A stretch of 64,000 bases of DNA from Dehalococcoidia bacterium (GCA_963663895.2 CAXXRD010000001.1:736001-800000), one strand, 5' to 3'; counted from the first letter of the stretch, positions 22,275-34,639 are shown. The notes: a model not told the origin generated them from the letters alone. Numbers and translations are program-made.

Positions 22275-23677
22275 TAGAAAAGCTCCCGCAGATCGACGAA
22301 GCGGCCGGCGAGAGCGGCGGCGGCGGCCATGGGCGGGCTGACGAGATGGGTGCGGCCTCCCGGTCCCTGCCGGCCTTCGAAGTTGCGGTTAGAGGTGGAG
22401 GCGCAGCGCTCGCCGGGCTGGAGGATGTCCGGGTTCATGCCGAGGCACATGGAGCAGCCGGCCTCGCGCCACTCGAAGCCGGCGGCGCGGAAGAGGTCCG
22501 CGAGGCCTTCCGCCTCCGCTTGGGCCTTCACCAGGCCCGAGCCGGGGACGACCATGGCGCGCACGCTGCCGGCGACCCGCTTGCCGCGCACGACGGCGGC
22601 GGCGGCGCGGAGGTCTTCAATGCGCGAGTTGGTGCAAGAGCCGATGAAGACGCGGTCCAGCGGGATCTCCGTGATCTTGGTGCCGGGCTGGAGTCGCTGG
22701 TAGTCGAGAGCGCGCTTGGCGGTTTCACGGACAACGGGATCGTCGAAGGCGTCCGGGTCGGGGATGTCGCCGTGGACGGGGACGCTCTGGGCGGGGGTGG
22801 TGCCCCAAGTGACGTGGGGCTCGATCTCGGCGCCGTCGATCACGACCTCCGTGTCGAAGGTAGCGTCGGGGTCCGTGGTGAGGGTGCGCCAGCGGGCGCG
22901 GGCGGCATCCCAGTCGTCGCCGGCGGGAGCGTGGGGACGGCCCTCGACGTAGGCGAAGGTAGTCTCGTCCGGGGCGATGAGGCCGGCGCGGGCGCCGCCT
23001 TCAATGGTCATGTTGCAGATGGTCATCCGGCCCTCCATGGAGATATTGCGGATGACGTCGCCGCGGTACTCGATGACGTGACCGACGCCGCCGCCGACGC
23101 CGATGCGGTTGATGATGGTGAGGATGATGTCCTTAGGCGTGCCCCAAGGCGGAAGCTGGCCCGTGACCTCGACGGACATCTGCTTGAGGCGGCGCTGGGG
23201 CAGCGTCTGGGTAGCGAAGACGTGCTCGACCTCGGAGGTGCCGATCCCGAAGGCGAGCGCGCCGAAGGCGCCGTGGGTGGAGGTGTGAGAGTCGCCGCAG
23301 ACGATGGTCATGCCGGGCTGGGTGAGGCCTTGCTCGGGGCCGATGACGTGGACGATGCCTTGGCGGGCGTCGAGAACGTCGAAGATGGGGACGTCGAACT
23401 CGGCGCAGTTGGCGCGGAGCGCGTCGACCTGCTGCTGGGAGAGCGGGTCCGGGAAGGGCTTGTCGCGATCGACGGTGGGGACGTTGTGGTCCGGCGTGGC
23501 AATGGTGAGGTCGGGACGGCGGAGCTTGCGGCCGTTCATGCGCAGGCCGTCGAAGGCCTGGGCGGAGGTGACCTCGTGGGTGAGGTGTAGGTCGATGTAG
23601 AGGAGGTCGGGACGGCCCTCTTCCCGGTGGACGAGATGGGCGTCCCAGATCTTTTGCGCGAGCGTTCGGGGCGGCAT
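22274..23677 (-). CDS. leuC: 3-isopropylmalate dehydratase large subunit
   Basis: [28 protein letters not shown] and [12 protein letters not shown]; ATG at 23677 after GGAGG. Confidence 0.96.
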   Translation of the reverse strand: MPPRTLAQKIWDAHLVHREEGRPDLLYIDLHLTHEVTSAQAFDGLRMNGRKLRRPDLTIATPDHNVPTVDRDKPFPDPLSQQQVDALRANCAEFDVPIFDVLDARQGIVHVIGPEQGLTQPGMTIVCGDSHTSTHGAFGALAFGIGTSEVEHVFATQTLPQRRLKQMSVEVTGQLPPWGTPKDIILTIINRIGVGGGVGHVIEYRGDVIRNISMEGRMTICNMTIEGGARAGLIAPDETTFAYVEGRPHAPAGDDWDAARARWRTLTTDPDATFDTEVVIDGAEIEPHVTWGTTPAQSVPVHGDIPDPDAFDDPVVRETAKRALDYQRLQPGTKITEIPLDRVFIGSCTNSRIEDLRAAAAVVRGKRVAGSVRAMVVPGSGLVKAQAEAEGLADLFRAAGFEWREAGCSMCLGMNPDILQPGERCASTSNRNFEGRQGPGGRTHLVSPPMAAAAALAGRFVDLRELF

Positions 23678-23795
23678 GCATTCCTCCGGCGCATTCGCTT
23701 GATCGCCCGGGCGCGGAGCGCGCCGATCGAAGCGGGCGGCTATTGTAGCTAGCCCGTGCCGGCGGTGCGGGAGAATTGTTGCGGAGGAAAAAGCC

Positions 23796-24740
23796 ATGGG
23801 GGCGACGGCCTTGCAGTTCGGCGCGCAGTTGCGGCTGATCGCGACGGAGTGGGCGGCGATCGAGGCGGCGGCGCGGACGGTGGACGCGGGGCCGTGGCGC
23901 AGCCTGTGGACGGGCGATCACCTGGTGGCGGTGCTGGGCGACGAGCGCGCCGATTGCTACGAGGCCTGGTCGGTGCTGGCGGGGCTGACGCGGGTGACCG
24001 AGCGGGTGCGGCTGGGGGTGCTGGTCTCGCCGGTGACGTTCCGGCATCCGGTGGTGCTGGCGAAGATGGCGGCGACGCTGGATCAGATGTGCGGGGGGCG
24101 GCTGGAGATCGGGTTGGGGGCGGGCTACCACCGCCGGGAGCACGCGGCCTACGGGCTGGCGTACCCGTCGTTGGGAGAGCGGTCGCAGATGCTGGAGGAG
24201 GCCTGCGAGCTGACGCACCGGCTGCTGACGGCGGAGGAGCCGGTCGATTACGCGGGGAAGCACTACCGCTTGGAGCGGGCCGTGCTGGCGCCGCGCTGTT
24301 TGCAGCGGCCGCGGGCGCCGCTGGTGATCGCGGGGGGCGGCGAGCGGCGGACGCTGCGGACGGTGGCGCGGTACGGGGAGGTGATGAATGTGGTGGCGTC
24401 GACGCCGGCGGACCTGCGGCGCAAGATCGCGGTGCTGGAGCGGCACTGCGAAGAGGCGGGACGGGATCCGGACGAGATCCGGAAGACGATCCTGACGTTC
24501 CTCCACGTGACGGAGGACGCGGAGGAGGAGGCGCGGCTGCGGGAGCGCTACGGCGTGTTCGTGCGGACGCCGGAAGCGCAGGCGGCGCTGCCGATCGGAC
24601 AGGCGGGGCGAGTGGTGGAGGCGCTGGCCGCGTTTCAGGAAGCGGGGGCGGAGGAAGTGATTATCACGGATCTGCCGAACGATCCGGAGGTGTACGCCCG
24701 GGTTGCATCGGAGGTGATTGGGCAGTTGGCTGCGTCTTAA
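23796..24740 (+). CDS. LLM-class oxidoreductase (probably F420-dependent)
   Basis: [20 protein letters not shown]...[11 protein letters not shown] and IAGGGE. Confidence 0.88.
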   Translation: MGATALQFGAQLRLIATEWAAIEAAARTVDAGPWRSLWTGDHLVAVLGDERADCYEAWSVLAGLTRVTERVRLGVLVSPVTFRHPVVLAKMAATLDQMCGGRLEIGLGAGYHRREHAAYGLAYPSLGERSQMLEEACELTHRLLTAEEPVDYAGKHYRLERAVLAPRCLQRPRAPLVIAGGGERRTLRTVARYGEVMNVVASTPADLRRKIAVLERHCEEAGRDPDEIRKTILTFLHVTEDAEEEARLRERYGVFVRTPEAQAALPIGQAGRVVEALAAFQEAGAEEVIITDLPNDPEVYARVASEVIGQLAAS

Positions 24741-24841
24741 GCCCTGGAGAGAGGCTCACCCCTCTTTCGACAGCCCCTGCATGACGATGTGAGCGGCGTT
24801 CCTCAACCTGTCGGAGGCAGGCCGGGCGCCACGCCAGCCTA

Positions 24842-25024
24842 TCAGTCCGAATCGGCGTGAGAGACGATGAGCTCGCTCAGGCTCATGATCGCGACGTCGA
24901 TGTGCGCCTTCGTGTCCGCATGCGCGTCAGTGACCGCAGCCTTCAGATCCGCCGCAATGTCATGAATTTCCGAGCGCAGTGCGTCCAGATCGGCCTTCGT
25001 CGCGTGATCTTGCGGCTCCGTCAT
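24842..25024 (-). CDS. Small acidic/His-rich helical protein (60 aa)
   Basis: GGAGG SD; ATKADL start; amphipathic heptad pattern. Confidence 0.65.
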   Translation of the reverse strand: MTEPQDHATKADLDALRSEIHDIAADLKAAVTDAHADTKAHIDVAIMSLSELIVSHADSD

Positions 25025-25064
25025 CGTCTCGTTCCTCCAGTCTCGCCCCGATCAACAAGATGAT

Positions 25065-25079
25065 TGATAACGATTCTCG
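25065..25079. promoter_or_regulatory. Fur-box-like operator
   Basis: TGATAACGATTCTCG resembles the 7-1-7 Fur consensus TGATAATnATTATCA; ~40 nt upstream of the 60-aa ORF. Confidence 0.45.
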
Positions 25080-25147
25080 CCACGCTAGCAGTTCTCCCTA
25101 CCGCAGTCACTCGCCCCCTCTCATGCCCCACATCACAGCGGCCAGCC

Positions 25148-25179
25148 AAGAAAAGAGGGACGCCGCCGGCGCCCCTCTT
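25148..25179 (-). terminator. Terminator downstream of leuA
   Basis: Hairpin AAGAGGG-CGCC/GGCG-CCCTCTT running into a T-rich tail on the minus strand. Confidence 0.6.
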
Positions 25180-25211
25180 CGCGGGTGCGAGTCCTTGGCG
25201 GCGCGGCGCGT

Positions 25212-25228
25212 GCTACTCCGTCAGGGAG

Positions 25229-25244
<16 letters not shown>
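25212..25244. repeat. Perfect 16-bp tandem duplication covering the leuA stop codon
   Basis: GCTACTCCGTCAGGGA twice in tandem. Confidence 0.85.
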
Positions 25245-26779
<1,535 letters not shown>

Positions 26780-26880
26780 GGCGGGGCTCCTCCATGGGGA
26801 ACGCGGGGCAGAGAAAGAAAGGGGGCGGCGAGGCAGCGGTTCGCTGCAACCAGCGCCTCGTGTGGCTGATCGCCCGGGAG

Positions 26881-26961
26881 TTAGCGCCCAAGGACGCCAC
26901 GGGCCGAGGCAGCCCGCGGGTCGATCCCTCCGTCGCGCGTGGGACGCGGATAGCCGTTCAT
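26881..26961 (-). promoter_or_regulatory. Putative leuA leader peptide, 26 aa (MNGYPRPTRDGGIDPRAASARGVLGR)
   Basis: Only Leu codon (CTT) is at position 24; CATAAT lies 9 nt before the ATG; downstream hairpin followed by a pyrimidine tract. Confidence 0.6.
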
Positions 26962-27023
26962 CGTGGAATCATTATGCCGGAGTTCGCGCCGTCTGCCTAC
27001 GGGGCCGGGAAAGCCGCGGGCGA

Positions 27024-28025
27024 TCAATCGGCTTTCTGGTGTAGCCAGGCCATCATGCCGCGGAGCTCCTCGCCGACCTCTTCGCTGGGATGCGCGGCGG
27101 CGCGCTGACGGAGCTTGTTGAAGGCGGGGCGGCCGGCTTGATTTTCCAGAATCCACTCGCGGGCGAACTCGCCGTTCTGCACCTGCTGGAGCACGCGGCG
27201 CATGTTCTCGCGGACGTGGCTATCGATGACCTGGGGACCGCGGGAGTAGTCGCCGTACTCCGCGGTGTCGGAGATGGAGTAGCGCATGTTCTTGAAGCCG
27301 CCCTCGTAGATGAGGTCGACGATGAGCTTGAGCTCGTGGATGGTTTCGAAGTAAGCAGACTCGGGTTGATAGCCAGCCTCGACGAGGGTCTCGAAGGCCG
27401 TCTGCATGAGCGCGGAGACGCCGCCGCAGAGGACGGCTTGCTCGCCGAAGAGATCGGTTTCGGTCTCTTCCTGAAAGCTGGTCTCCAGGACGCCGGCGCG
27501 GCCGCAGCCGATGGCGGCGGCGTAGGCCATGGCGGTCTGTTTGGCGGTTTCGCTGGCGTCCTGGTGAACGGCCAGCAGGCCGGGCATGCCGCTGCCCTCT
27601 TGGTAGAGCCGGCGGAGGAGGTGGCCCGGTCCTTTCGGGGCGACCATCGAGACGTCGATCGCTTCGGGCGGGGCGATCTGGTTGTAGTGGATGTTGAAAC
27701 CGTGGGCGAACATCAGGGTCTTGCCCTCGCGCAGGCCGTGGGCGATGTGGTCGTCGTAGAGGGTTTTCTGGATATGGTCCGGGGTGAGGACCATGATGAT
27801 GTCGGCCTCTTCGGCGACATCGTCCACGGTGCCGACGCGGAGACCGGCCGTCTCCGCCTTGGCCCAAGAGCGGGAGCCGGGGTAGAGGCCGACGACCACG
27901 TTGACGCCGGAGTCCTTGAGGTTGAGGGCGTGCGCGTGGCCCTGGCTGCCGAAGCCGACGACGCCGACGGTTTTGCCTGCGAGGAAGGAGAGATCGGCGT
28001 CCTTGTCGTAGAACATCTGGGCCAT
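27024..28025 (-). CDS. ilvC: Ketol-acid reductoisomerase
   Basis: [20 protein letters not shown] and [16 protein letters not shown]. Confidence 0.97.
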   Translation of the reverse strand: MAQMFYDKDADLSFLAGKTVGVVGFGSQGHAHALNLKDSGVNVVVGLYPGSRSWAKAETAGLRVGTVDDVAEEADIIMVLTPDHIQKTLYDDHIAHGLREGKTLMFAHGFNIHYNQIAPPEAIDVSMVAPKGPGHLLRRLYQEGSGMPGLLAVHQDASETAKQTAMAYAAAIGCGRAGVLETSFQEETETDLFGEQAVLCGGVSALMQTAFETLVEAGYQPESAYFETIHELKLIVDLIYEGGFKNMRYSISDTAEYGDYSRGPQVIDSHVRENMRRVLQQVQNGEFAREWILENQAGRPAFNKLRQRAAAHPSEEVGEELRGMMAWLHQKAD

Positions 28026-28126
28026 GGTGGTGCTCCATTCCTGGCCGGCCGGATCGGTGAGCGGACAAGGAAAAAGGCTAGGCGGGGACGGGGACGGCGT
28101 CCAGTGGCGCGGGCGGACGGGACGGT

Positions 28127-28741
28127 TTAGTCGCTGGCGAAGGGGAGCGCGCCGTCCGGCCGCCGGCCGAACTGGGCACGCTCCTCTTCGGCGCGGCGCT
28201 CGATCTCCGAGACGGGCACGGGCTTGCTGGTGCCGCTGCCGCGGACCATCGCGACCCGGCCGGTGCGCACGAGCTCGAGGAGGCCGTAGGGGTGCAGGAG
28301 ACGCAGCAGGGCGTCGACCTTGTCTTCGTCGCCGAGGACTTGCACGATGACGCTGGCGTCGGCGACATCGACGACGGTGGCGCGAAAAACATCCGCGAGG
28401 GCGATGATGTCGCGCCGGCCCTGGGGCGTGCAGCTGACCTTGATCAGGGCGAGCTCGCGGGCGACCAGGGGCCGCTCGCTGATGTCGATGGCGGAGACGA
28501 CGTCGACCAGCTTGAAGAGCTGACGCTCGACCTGCTGCACCTGGGTGCCCTGTCCATCGACGACGATGGTCATGCGGCTGAGGCCGGGCTCGTCGCTGTG
28601 GCCAACGGTGAGGCTCTCGATGTTGAAGCCGCGCCGGCGAAAAAGAGAGGCGACGCGGGCGAGGACGCCGGGGCGGTCCTCGACGTGGGCGACGACGACG
28701 CGCTGCGGGGAGTGGGCGTTCTGAGAGTTGGTAGCGATCAT
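28127..28741 (-). CDS. ilvN: Acetolactate synthase small subunit
   Basis: [33 protein letters not shown] and ELVRTG; TGATG overlap with ilvB. Confidence 0.94.
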   Translation of the reverse strand: MIATNSQNAHSPQRVVVAHVEDRPGVLARVASLFRRRGFNIESLTVGHSDEPGLSRMTIVVDGQGTQVQQVERQLFKLVDVVSAIDISERPLVARELALIKVSCTPQGRRDIIALADVFRATVVDVADASVIVQVLGDEDKVDALLRLLHPYGLLELVRTGRVAMVRGSGTSKPVPVSEIERRAEEERAQFGRRPDGALPFASD

Positions 28742-30420
28742 CAGAGCTCCTCCGCGGATTCGATCGTTTCGGAGAGGGCGGCGCCTGCGGGGACCATCGG
28801 CCAAACGTTTTCCTGCTCGACGCAGCGGATGTCGAGGACGATGGGGCCGTCGTGCGCGTCGGCCTCGCGCAGCGCCGCGACGGCTTCGGCGCGGTTGGTG
28901 GCGCGCAGCGCGGTGACGCCGTAGGCCTCGGCGAGCTTGACGAAGTCGGGCTGGCCGAGGGCGACGGAGTGGTAGTTGTCCTCGTAGAACAGCTCCTGCC
29001 ACTGCCGGACCATGCCGAGGTAGCCGTTGTTGAAGATGACGTAGCGGATCGGGAGCTTGTGCTCGGCGACGGTCTGGAGCTCCTGGCAGGTCATCTGGAA
29101 GCCGCCGTCGCCACAGATGGACCAGACGGGCTCGTCCTGGGCGAACTGCGCGCCCAGGGCGGCGGGCACCTCGAAGCCCATGGTGCCGAGGCCGCCGCTG
29201 CTGATGTACTGACGGGGACGAGTGTAGCTGTAGTACTGGGCGGCCCACATTTGGTGCTGGCCGACGCCGGTGACGATGGTGGCCTTGCGCTGCGTCTGCT
29301 GCGCGATGGCGCGACAGAGCCAGGGGCCGGTGACCTCGGCGCCCTCGGCGTCGTAGTCGGTGGGATGCTGGGCCTTGACGTCGTCGATCCAGCGGATCCA
29401 GTCGGGGCGGGTCGTGCTCGTGAGGTGGGGCAATAACGCGCGCAGCGACTGGCGCACGTCGCCGAGGACGGGAGCATGCGTGTGGAAGTTTTTGCCGATC
29501 TCCGCGGGGTCGATATCGAGATGGATGATCTGAGCCTGGGGGTTGAAGTCCTTGAAGCGGCCCATGGCGCGGTCGTCGAAGCGCATGCCGACGCCCATGA
29601 CGACGTCGGCGTGATCGGCGGCCATATTGCAGAAGTAGTGGCCGTGCATGCCCATGAAGCCGTAGGAGAGCGCATGGTCTTCCGGGAAACCGGAGATGCC
29701 GAGGAGGGTCGTGATCACGGGAATCTGGGCGCGCTCGGCGAGGGCGACCAGCTCGTCTGTGGCGCCCGACTGCAGGGTGCCGTGCCCGCTGAGGATGATG
29801 GGGCGCTGGGCTTCGTTCAGGATGGCGGCGGCGCGTTCGACCTCGATATCGGAGGGGACCGTGACGGGGTCGTATCCGCGGAGGTGCACTTGGTCGGGAT
29901 AGCCGTCGAAATCGGCTTCCTCAATGAAGACGTCCTTGGGGATATCGACGAGCACGGGGCCTTTGCGACCGGTCGAGGCGATGTGGAAGGCTTCCTTGAC
30001 CGCGGGGGCGATCTCACTCGCGCGCATGACAAGGTAGTTGTGCTTGGTGATGGGGAGAGTGATCCCGGTGATGTCGGCTTCTTGGAAGCCGTCGCGGCCG
30101 ATCAGATCGCGGGCGACGTTGCCGGTGATGACGACCATGGGGATGGAATCCATGTAGGCGGTACAGATACCGGTCACGAGGTTGGTGGCGCCGGGGCCGG
30201 AGGTGGCGAGGCAGACGCCGGTCCGGCCACTGGCCCGAGCGTAGCCGTCGGCGGCGTGGGCGGCGCCTTGCTCGTGACGGACGAGGACGTGCTTGATTTG
30301 GGGGTATTCGCGGAAGCGGTGATAAAGAGGGAGCACGACGCCGCCTGGATAGCCGAAAATGAGGGTGGCGCCTTCGGCGGCGAGCGATTCGAGCAGGATT
30401 TGTGCGCCGTTGCGTTTCAT
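28741..30420 (-). CDS. ilvB: Acetolactate synthase large subunit
   Basis: [26 protein letters not shown] and GDGGFQM...NN. Confidence 0.96.
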   Translation of the reverse strand: MKRNGAQILLESLAAEGATLIFGYPGGVVLPLYHRFREYPQIKHVLVRHEQGAAHAADGYARASGRTGVCLATSGPGATNLVTGICTAYMDSIPMVVITGNVARDLIGRDGFQEADITGITLPITKHNYLVMRASEIAPAVKEAFHIASTGRKGPVLVDIPKDVFIEEADFDGYPDQVHLRGYDPVTVPSDIEVERAAAILNEAQRPIILSGHGTLQSGATDELVALAERAQIPVITTLLGISGFPEDHALSYGFMGMHGHYFCNMAADHADVVMGVGMRFDDRAMGRFKDFNPQAQIIHLDIDPAEIGKNFHTHAPVLGDVRQSLRALLPHLTSTTRPDWIRWIDDVKAQHPTDYDAEGAEVTGPWLCRAIAQQTQRKATIVTGVGQHQMWAAQYYSYTRPRQYISSGGLGTMGFEVPAALGAQFAQDEPVWSICGDGGFQMTCQELQTVAEHKLPIRYVIFNNGYLGMVRQWQELFYEDNYHSVALGQPDFVKLAEAYGVTALRATNRAEAVAALREADAHDGPIVLDIRCVEQENVWPMVPAGAALSETIESAEEL

Positions 30421-30531
30421 GGAGTTGCCTCTTGGTGTCGCGGGAAGAGCACTTGCGAAGTGATCGGGCGCCGGCGGAGTTGCGGGAAGTGGGGGTCCGA
30501 CCTGTGAGCGGCGCCGGGCGCGCTGCCGGCT

Positions 30532-30651
30532 CTACAGGCCGGTTGGTACAACTACGGGGATCCCGAGGCGCAGACGGGCAGCCGTGGCGCTTCGCCACGG
30601 AGGGGCCTCCCGCTGCGAGCGGCGTGGCCGGTGAGTGAACGTGTCCGACAC
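30532..30651 (-). promoter_or_regulatory. Putative ilvB leader peptide, 39 aa (MSDTFTHRPRRSQREAPPWRSATAARLRLGIPVVVPTGL)
   Basis: TACGAT -10 and GGGAG SD before GTG; all Leu/Ile/Val codons fall in the last 13 codons, including GTA-GTT-GTA. Confidence 0.7.
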
Positions 30652-30742
30652 GATTCAGGTCTCCCAGATGCTCGACCATCGTAGCCGAGCGCAGGGCACG
30701 GGGCGAGGGGAAGAGGGTAACGGAGGCGGCTTTTACGGGACG

Positions 30743-31597
30743 CTAACAGTCCACCCGTGATCCGCTCTGGCCTGGGAGCGAGGCGCCGGAAGAAGAGTCC
30801 GAAAGGGCGCGCTGGAGAGCGGCGGCCATGGCGGGATCGTCGTAAGAGTTGAGCAGAAAGCCGCCGTCGACGAAGACGGTTTCGCCGGTGATCCACTTGC
30901 TCTCGGCAGAGGCGAGGAAACAGGCGACCTGAGCAATGTCTTGCGGGCGGCCGAGGCCGCCGAGGGGGATGTGCCGCTCGGCGTGGGCTTTGATCTCGGG
31001 GATGGCGTAGCGGTCGTCGTTGAGCGGGGTGTGCACCGGGCCCGGGCCGATGGCGTTCACGCGGACACCGTGGGGGGCGAGGGCGAGGGCGGCGGATTTG
31101 GTAAGGCTCTTCACACCGGCTTTGCTCGCGGCATAGGCAGCGCCGATGGGCCAGCCGATCTCGGCGAGTTGGCTGGCGAGGTTGACGATGCCGCCCGGTT
31201 GACCTTGCGCCGCGAGGCGTCGTCCCGCGATCTGGTCGCAGAGGAAGACGCCGGTGAGATTGACGTCGATGACGCGCTGCCAGTCCTCGTCGGTCATTTC
31301 GAGGAAGGGGACCGTTTGGGCGACGCCGGCATTGGCGACCATGGTGGTAAAACGGCCGAAGCGGGCGATCGTTTGGTCGACGAGGGCTTCGACGTCGGCG
31401 CGCTGGGTGACGTCACAGTGGCAGGGGAGCGCTCGGCGGCCGGCGGCTTCGACGAGGCGAGCGGTTTCCTGGAGGCCGCTTTCGTTGAGATCGGCGAGGA
31501 CGAGGTCGGCACCTTCCTGGGCAAAGCGCTGGGCGATGGCGCCGCCGAAGGCGCCGGCGGCTCCGGTGATGATCGCGACCTGATCTTTGAGTCGCAT
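30743..31597 (-). CDS. SDR family oxidoreductase
   Basis: ITGAAGAFG, ANAG, YAASK and VDGG. Confidence 0.92.
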   Translation of the reverse strand: MRLKDQVAIITGAAGAFGGAIAQRFAQEGADLVLADLNESGLQETARLVEAAGRRALPCHCDVTQRADVEALVDQTIARFGRFTTMVANAGVAQTVPFLEMTDEDWQRVIDVNLTGVFLCDQIAGRRLAAQGQPGGIVNLASQLAEIGWPIGAAYAASKAGVKSLTKSAALALAPHGVRVNAIGPGPVHTPLNDDRYAIPEIKAHAERHIPLGGLGRPQDIAQVACFLASAESKWITGETVFVDGGFLLNSYDDPAMAAALQRALSDSSSGASLPGQSGSRVDC

Positions 31598-31656
31598 GGC
31601 GGACTCTCGCTTACTGTGCCTCTCGTAACGACAGTCTAGCGAGGGGTGCGGCCCAG

Positions 31657-32874
31657 CTACGAGTGCGACCAGCCGGATCGCTGCGCGAAGCCACGGGCGG
31701 CAAAGGCCGCGGCGAGATCGACAAGGGACGCGGCGGGACCAAGCCGGCCCTTGAAGCCAACGTAAGTGGCTTCGCCACGGACAGTACGGCAGAACGATCG
31801 CCAAAAGCGGCCGGAGTGCCGGAGGAGCCGAACGTAGGGCCAGGGGCGTTGGTGGAAGAGGGCTTGGATCTGGCGCGCGACAGCGAGCTCGGGGTCGATA
31901 TGACGGCGCACGGCGCGTTCGTAGCCGCGGAGGTCGGGGACGTCGCCAGCGAGGTAGCGAGCGATCTCGTCGGCAGCGAGCTGAGCGGAGTAGAAAGCGT
32001 TGTGGATTCCCTCGCCGGAGAGGGGGTCGATGAGGCCGGCGGCGTCGCCAACGAAGGCGACGGAGTCGCGGGTCAGGGGCTCGTCGAAGCGGCGCAGCGG
32101 CAGCGTGTAGCCACGCACGTCTTCGAGCTGCGCGGGGCTGAAGCCCTCGGAGGTCGCGTAGGCAGCAAGGTGGGTCTTGAGTTGCGGGCCGACGACCGGC
32201 CAGCCGCCCACGCCGATGTTGGTGTGGCCGTCTTTGGGGAAGAGCCAGCCGTAGCCGCCGGGGAGAGAGCCGAGGTCGAGGGAGACGTGGTCCGGAGAGT
32301 GCCGAGGGAGACCGGGGCTGTTGGCTTCGAGCGCGACGGCGCGGTCGAGGACGGGCATGTCCAAGGCGCGGCGGCTGACGCCATTGGCGCCGTCGGCCGC
32401 GACCAGGGCGGCGGCGGCGGCGCGTTCTCCATCATGGAAGTCGACGATCATCCCGGCGCCGTTGCGATGGATCGCGGAGACGGCGCGGCCGTCCGCGAAG
32501 GTAGCACCGGCCGTGACGGCTTGGCCGGCGAGGAAGGTGTCGAGGTCGCGGCGCCGGGTCATGATGGCAAGGGGCTCGGGATAGGTGTGCGCGAAGCCAC
32601 GGTCGCGCTTGTAGGTGACGCGGAAGCCGTAGACGACGCGCCGGCTGACCGAGCGGAGGCTGAAGGGAAGCCGCGCGGCAGCGGCGACAAGGACGCCGCC
32701 CCCGCAGGGCTTGCTGCGGGGGAAGCGCTCGCGGTCGACGAGGAGAACGCGCGCGCCGTGTTGCGCGAGGCGGAGAGCAGCGGTGGAGCCGCCGGGCCCG
32801 GCACCCAAGACGATGACATCGTAATGGGGGAGGCCGTCCTGGGAGACGGGAGAGTGGACGCCCGTGGCGGTCAT
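31657..32874 (-). CDS. Geranylgeranyl reductase family FAD oxidoreductase
   Basis: GAGPGG, FPRSKPCGG, GYGWLFPK and GDAAGLIDPLSGEGI. Confidence 0.88.
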   Translation of the reverse strand: MTATGVHSPVSQDGLPHYDVIVLGAGPGGSTAALRLAQHGARVLLVDRERFPRSKPCGGGVLVAAAARLPFSLRSVSRRVVYGFRVTYKRDRGFAHTYPEPLAIMTRRRDLDTFLAGQAVTAGATFADGRAVSAIHRNGAGMIVDFHDGERAAAAALVAADGANGVSRRALDMPVLDRAVALEANSPGLPRHSPDHVSLDLGSLPGGYGWLFPKDGHTNIGVGGWPVVGPQLKTHLAAYATSEGFSPAQLEDVRGYTLPLRRFDEPLTRDSVAFVGDAAGLIDPLSGEGIHNAFYSAQLAADEIARYLAGDVPDLRGYERAVRRHIDPELAVARQIQALFHQRPWPYVRLLRHSGRFWRSFCRTVRGEATYVGFKGRLGPAASLVDLAAAFAARGFAQRSGWSHS

Positions 32875-33479
32875 GCGTCGGGCGGCGCGGCGGGCGTCTC
32901 GGAGGCGAGAAGCCACGCGCGGATGCGTTGCCAGCGGTCGAAGGCGTCCTTGAGGCCAGCGAGGATGGGAGCGGCGAAGCAGAAGGCGATGACTTCGCCA
33001 GGGAGGTGGAAGGCGATGGCGAGGAATGGCAGGGGAGCGGCGACGACCAGGATGCCAAGCGGTGCGTGGCGGGTGGTGAGGAAGGTGACGGTGCCCGCCA
33101 AGAAGGTGAGGCCGAATTGCCAAGGCAGGAAGGCGCCGGCGGCGCCAAAACCGGTGGCGGCGCTGCGCCCCCCCCGAAAGCCGAGCCAGATGGGAAACAT
33201 ATGCCCGAGCATGACGACGAAGCCGGCGGCGACCCACCAGGCAGAATCGAGGTCGAGCCAGCGAGCAATGGAGACGGCGAGGAGGCCCTTGCCCGTGTCG
33301 AGCAGGAGGGCGATATGGCCGCTGAGCCAGCCAGCACCCTCACGGATAGCGTTGCCGGAGCCGACGTTGCGGTCACCGACGGTGCGGAGGTCTTTGCCGG
33401 TGCGCCAGTAAAAGATCAGCCAAGTGACCGGGATAGAGCCGATGAGGTAGGCGAGGATGAGAACGAGCGCTTCGTGCAT
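32871..33479 (-). CDS. plsY: Glycerol-3-phosphate acyltransferase (PlsY family)
   Basis: AYLIGSIP, GDRNVGSGN, DTGKG and GHMFPIWLGFRGG. Confidence 0.85.
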   Translation of the reverse strand: MHEALVLILAYLIGSIPVTWLIFYWRTGKDLRTVGDRNVGSGNAIREGAGWLSGHIALLLDTGKGLLAVSIARWLDLDSAWWVAAGFVVMLGHMFPIWLGFRGGRSAATGFGAAGAFLPWQFGLTFLAGTVTFLTTRHAPLGILVVAAPLPFLAIAFHLPGEVIAFCFAAPILAGLKDAFDRWQRIRAWLLASETPAAPPDA

Positions 33480-33514
33480 AGCCTTGCCGGCGCGGAAGCG
33501 TGCCGGGGGTGACG

Positions 33515-34456
33515 CTAGGCCCTGACCGGTTGGTCCGTGTAGAGGGGCTGGATCCAGCGCTCGTATTGGGGAAGGCGGCCGAGAGCAGCGCCGAAGTAGA
33601 GCTCCTGGAGCTTGGCGGTCACGGGGCCGATGCCGCCGCTGCCGATGACGCGCCCGTCGACTTCGAGAACGGGAGTGACGTGCGCGGCCGTACCGGTCAT
33701 GAAGAGCTCGTCGGCGACGTAGAGCTCGCTGCGGTCGATGGGAGATTCAAGCACTTCCAGGCCGATCTCGGCGCGGGCGAGCTCGATCACGGCGGCGCGC
33801 GTGATCCCGACGAGGATGTTGTCGGCGCTGGGGGGCGTGTAGAGCTTTCCGTTCATGACGAGAAAGATGTTTTCGCCGCTTCCTTCCGAAACGTGACCGT
33901 CCTCGTTGAGGAGGATGGCCTCTTCGTAGCCGCGCTGGAAGGCTTCCGTCTTGGCGAGGGCGGAATTGACGTAGACGCCGTTGACCTTGGCGCGGACGGG
34001 AATCGCCGTGTCTTCGGCGCGGCGCCAAGAAGAGGTGCAGCAGCGGATGCCTTTGTCGATGTCGAGATAGGCGCCAAAGGGCGCCGTGTAAATGAGCAGG
34101 TCTTGCTCGACATCATGGAGGCGGACCCCGAGCACTTCCTGGGACTTGTAGACCATGGGGCGAACGTACATGTCCTCGCGGAAGGCGGCTTTGCGAAGCA
34201 GCTCATGGGTGATCGCGACGAGCTGCTCGTCCGCGTAGTCGATCTCCATCATGAGGATATGGGCGCTCTTGCGGAGCCGCTGAAAATGCTCGATCGCGCG
34301 GAAGAGATAGAGCTGCTGCTGGTCGGAGTTCCAGTTGGCGCGGATGCCTTCGAAAACGGCGGTGCCGTAGTTGAAGGCGTGAGTCATGATACCGATCTTG
34401 GCCTCGGCCAAGGGCATGAACTCACCTTTGAAGAATGCGTAGGGGGTGCCAGCCAT
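33515..34456 (-). CDS. ilvE: Branched-chain amino acid aminotransferase
   Basis: YGTAVFEGIR, AKVNGVY, EGSGENIF, LVGITR and TGTAA. Confidence 0.95.
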   Translation of the reverse strand: MAGTPYAFFKGEFMPLAEAKIGIMTHAFNYGTAVFEGIRANWNSDQQQLYLFRAIEHFQRLRKSAHILMMEIDYADEQLVAITHELLRKAAFREDMYVRPMVYKSQEVLGVRLHDVEQDLLIYTAPFGAYLDIDKGIRCCTSSWRRAEDTAIPVRAKVNGVYVNSALAKTEAFQRGYEEAILLNEDGHVSEGSGENIFLVMNGKLYTPPSADNILVGITRAAVIELARAEIGLEVLESPIDRSELYVADELFMTGTAAHVTPVLEVDGRVIGSGGIGPVTAKLQELYFGAALGRLPQYERWIQPLYTDQPVRA

Positions 34457-34639
34457 CGCGCGGGACCTCCTGTTAAAGCAGCGTGGTTGGGAACGCGCAA
34501 GCCGGGCCAGTATAGAACGCGATCGCCCCTGCCGCGTGTGCCGCCGCTACGCTGTTCCCTTGCGAACGCCTGGGGCCGCTCAGCAGCGTGTTACGCTCCG
34601 GCTCCGAAGAGCGCCGTGCCCCGAGCGGAGGAGCGATCT

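Noticed and set aside
26780-30740. T-box elements upstream of ilvB or leuA
   Set aside because: No AGGGTGGNACCGCG T-box consensus was found; leader ORFs explain these regions better
33500-34639. N-terminal extensions in the ORF track (667-aa MBL, 822-aa HyuB, 505-aa McrC, 755-aa KatG)
   Set aside because: They overlap other genes or are low-complexity; SD-supported or overlap-coupled downstream starts match the family N-termini
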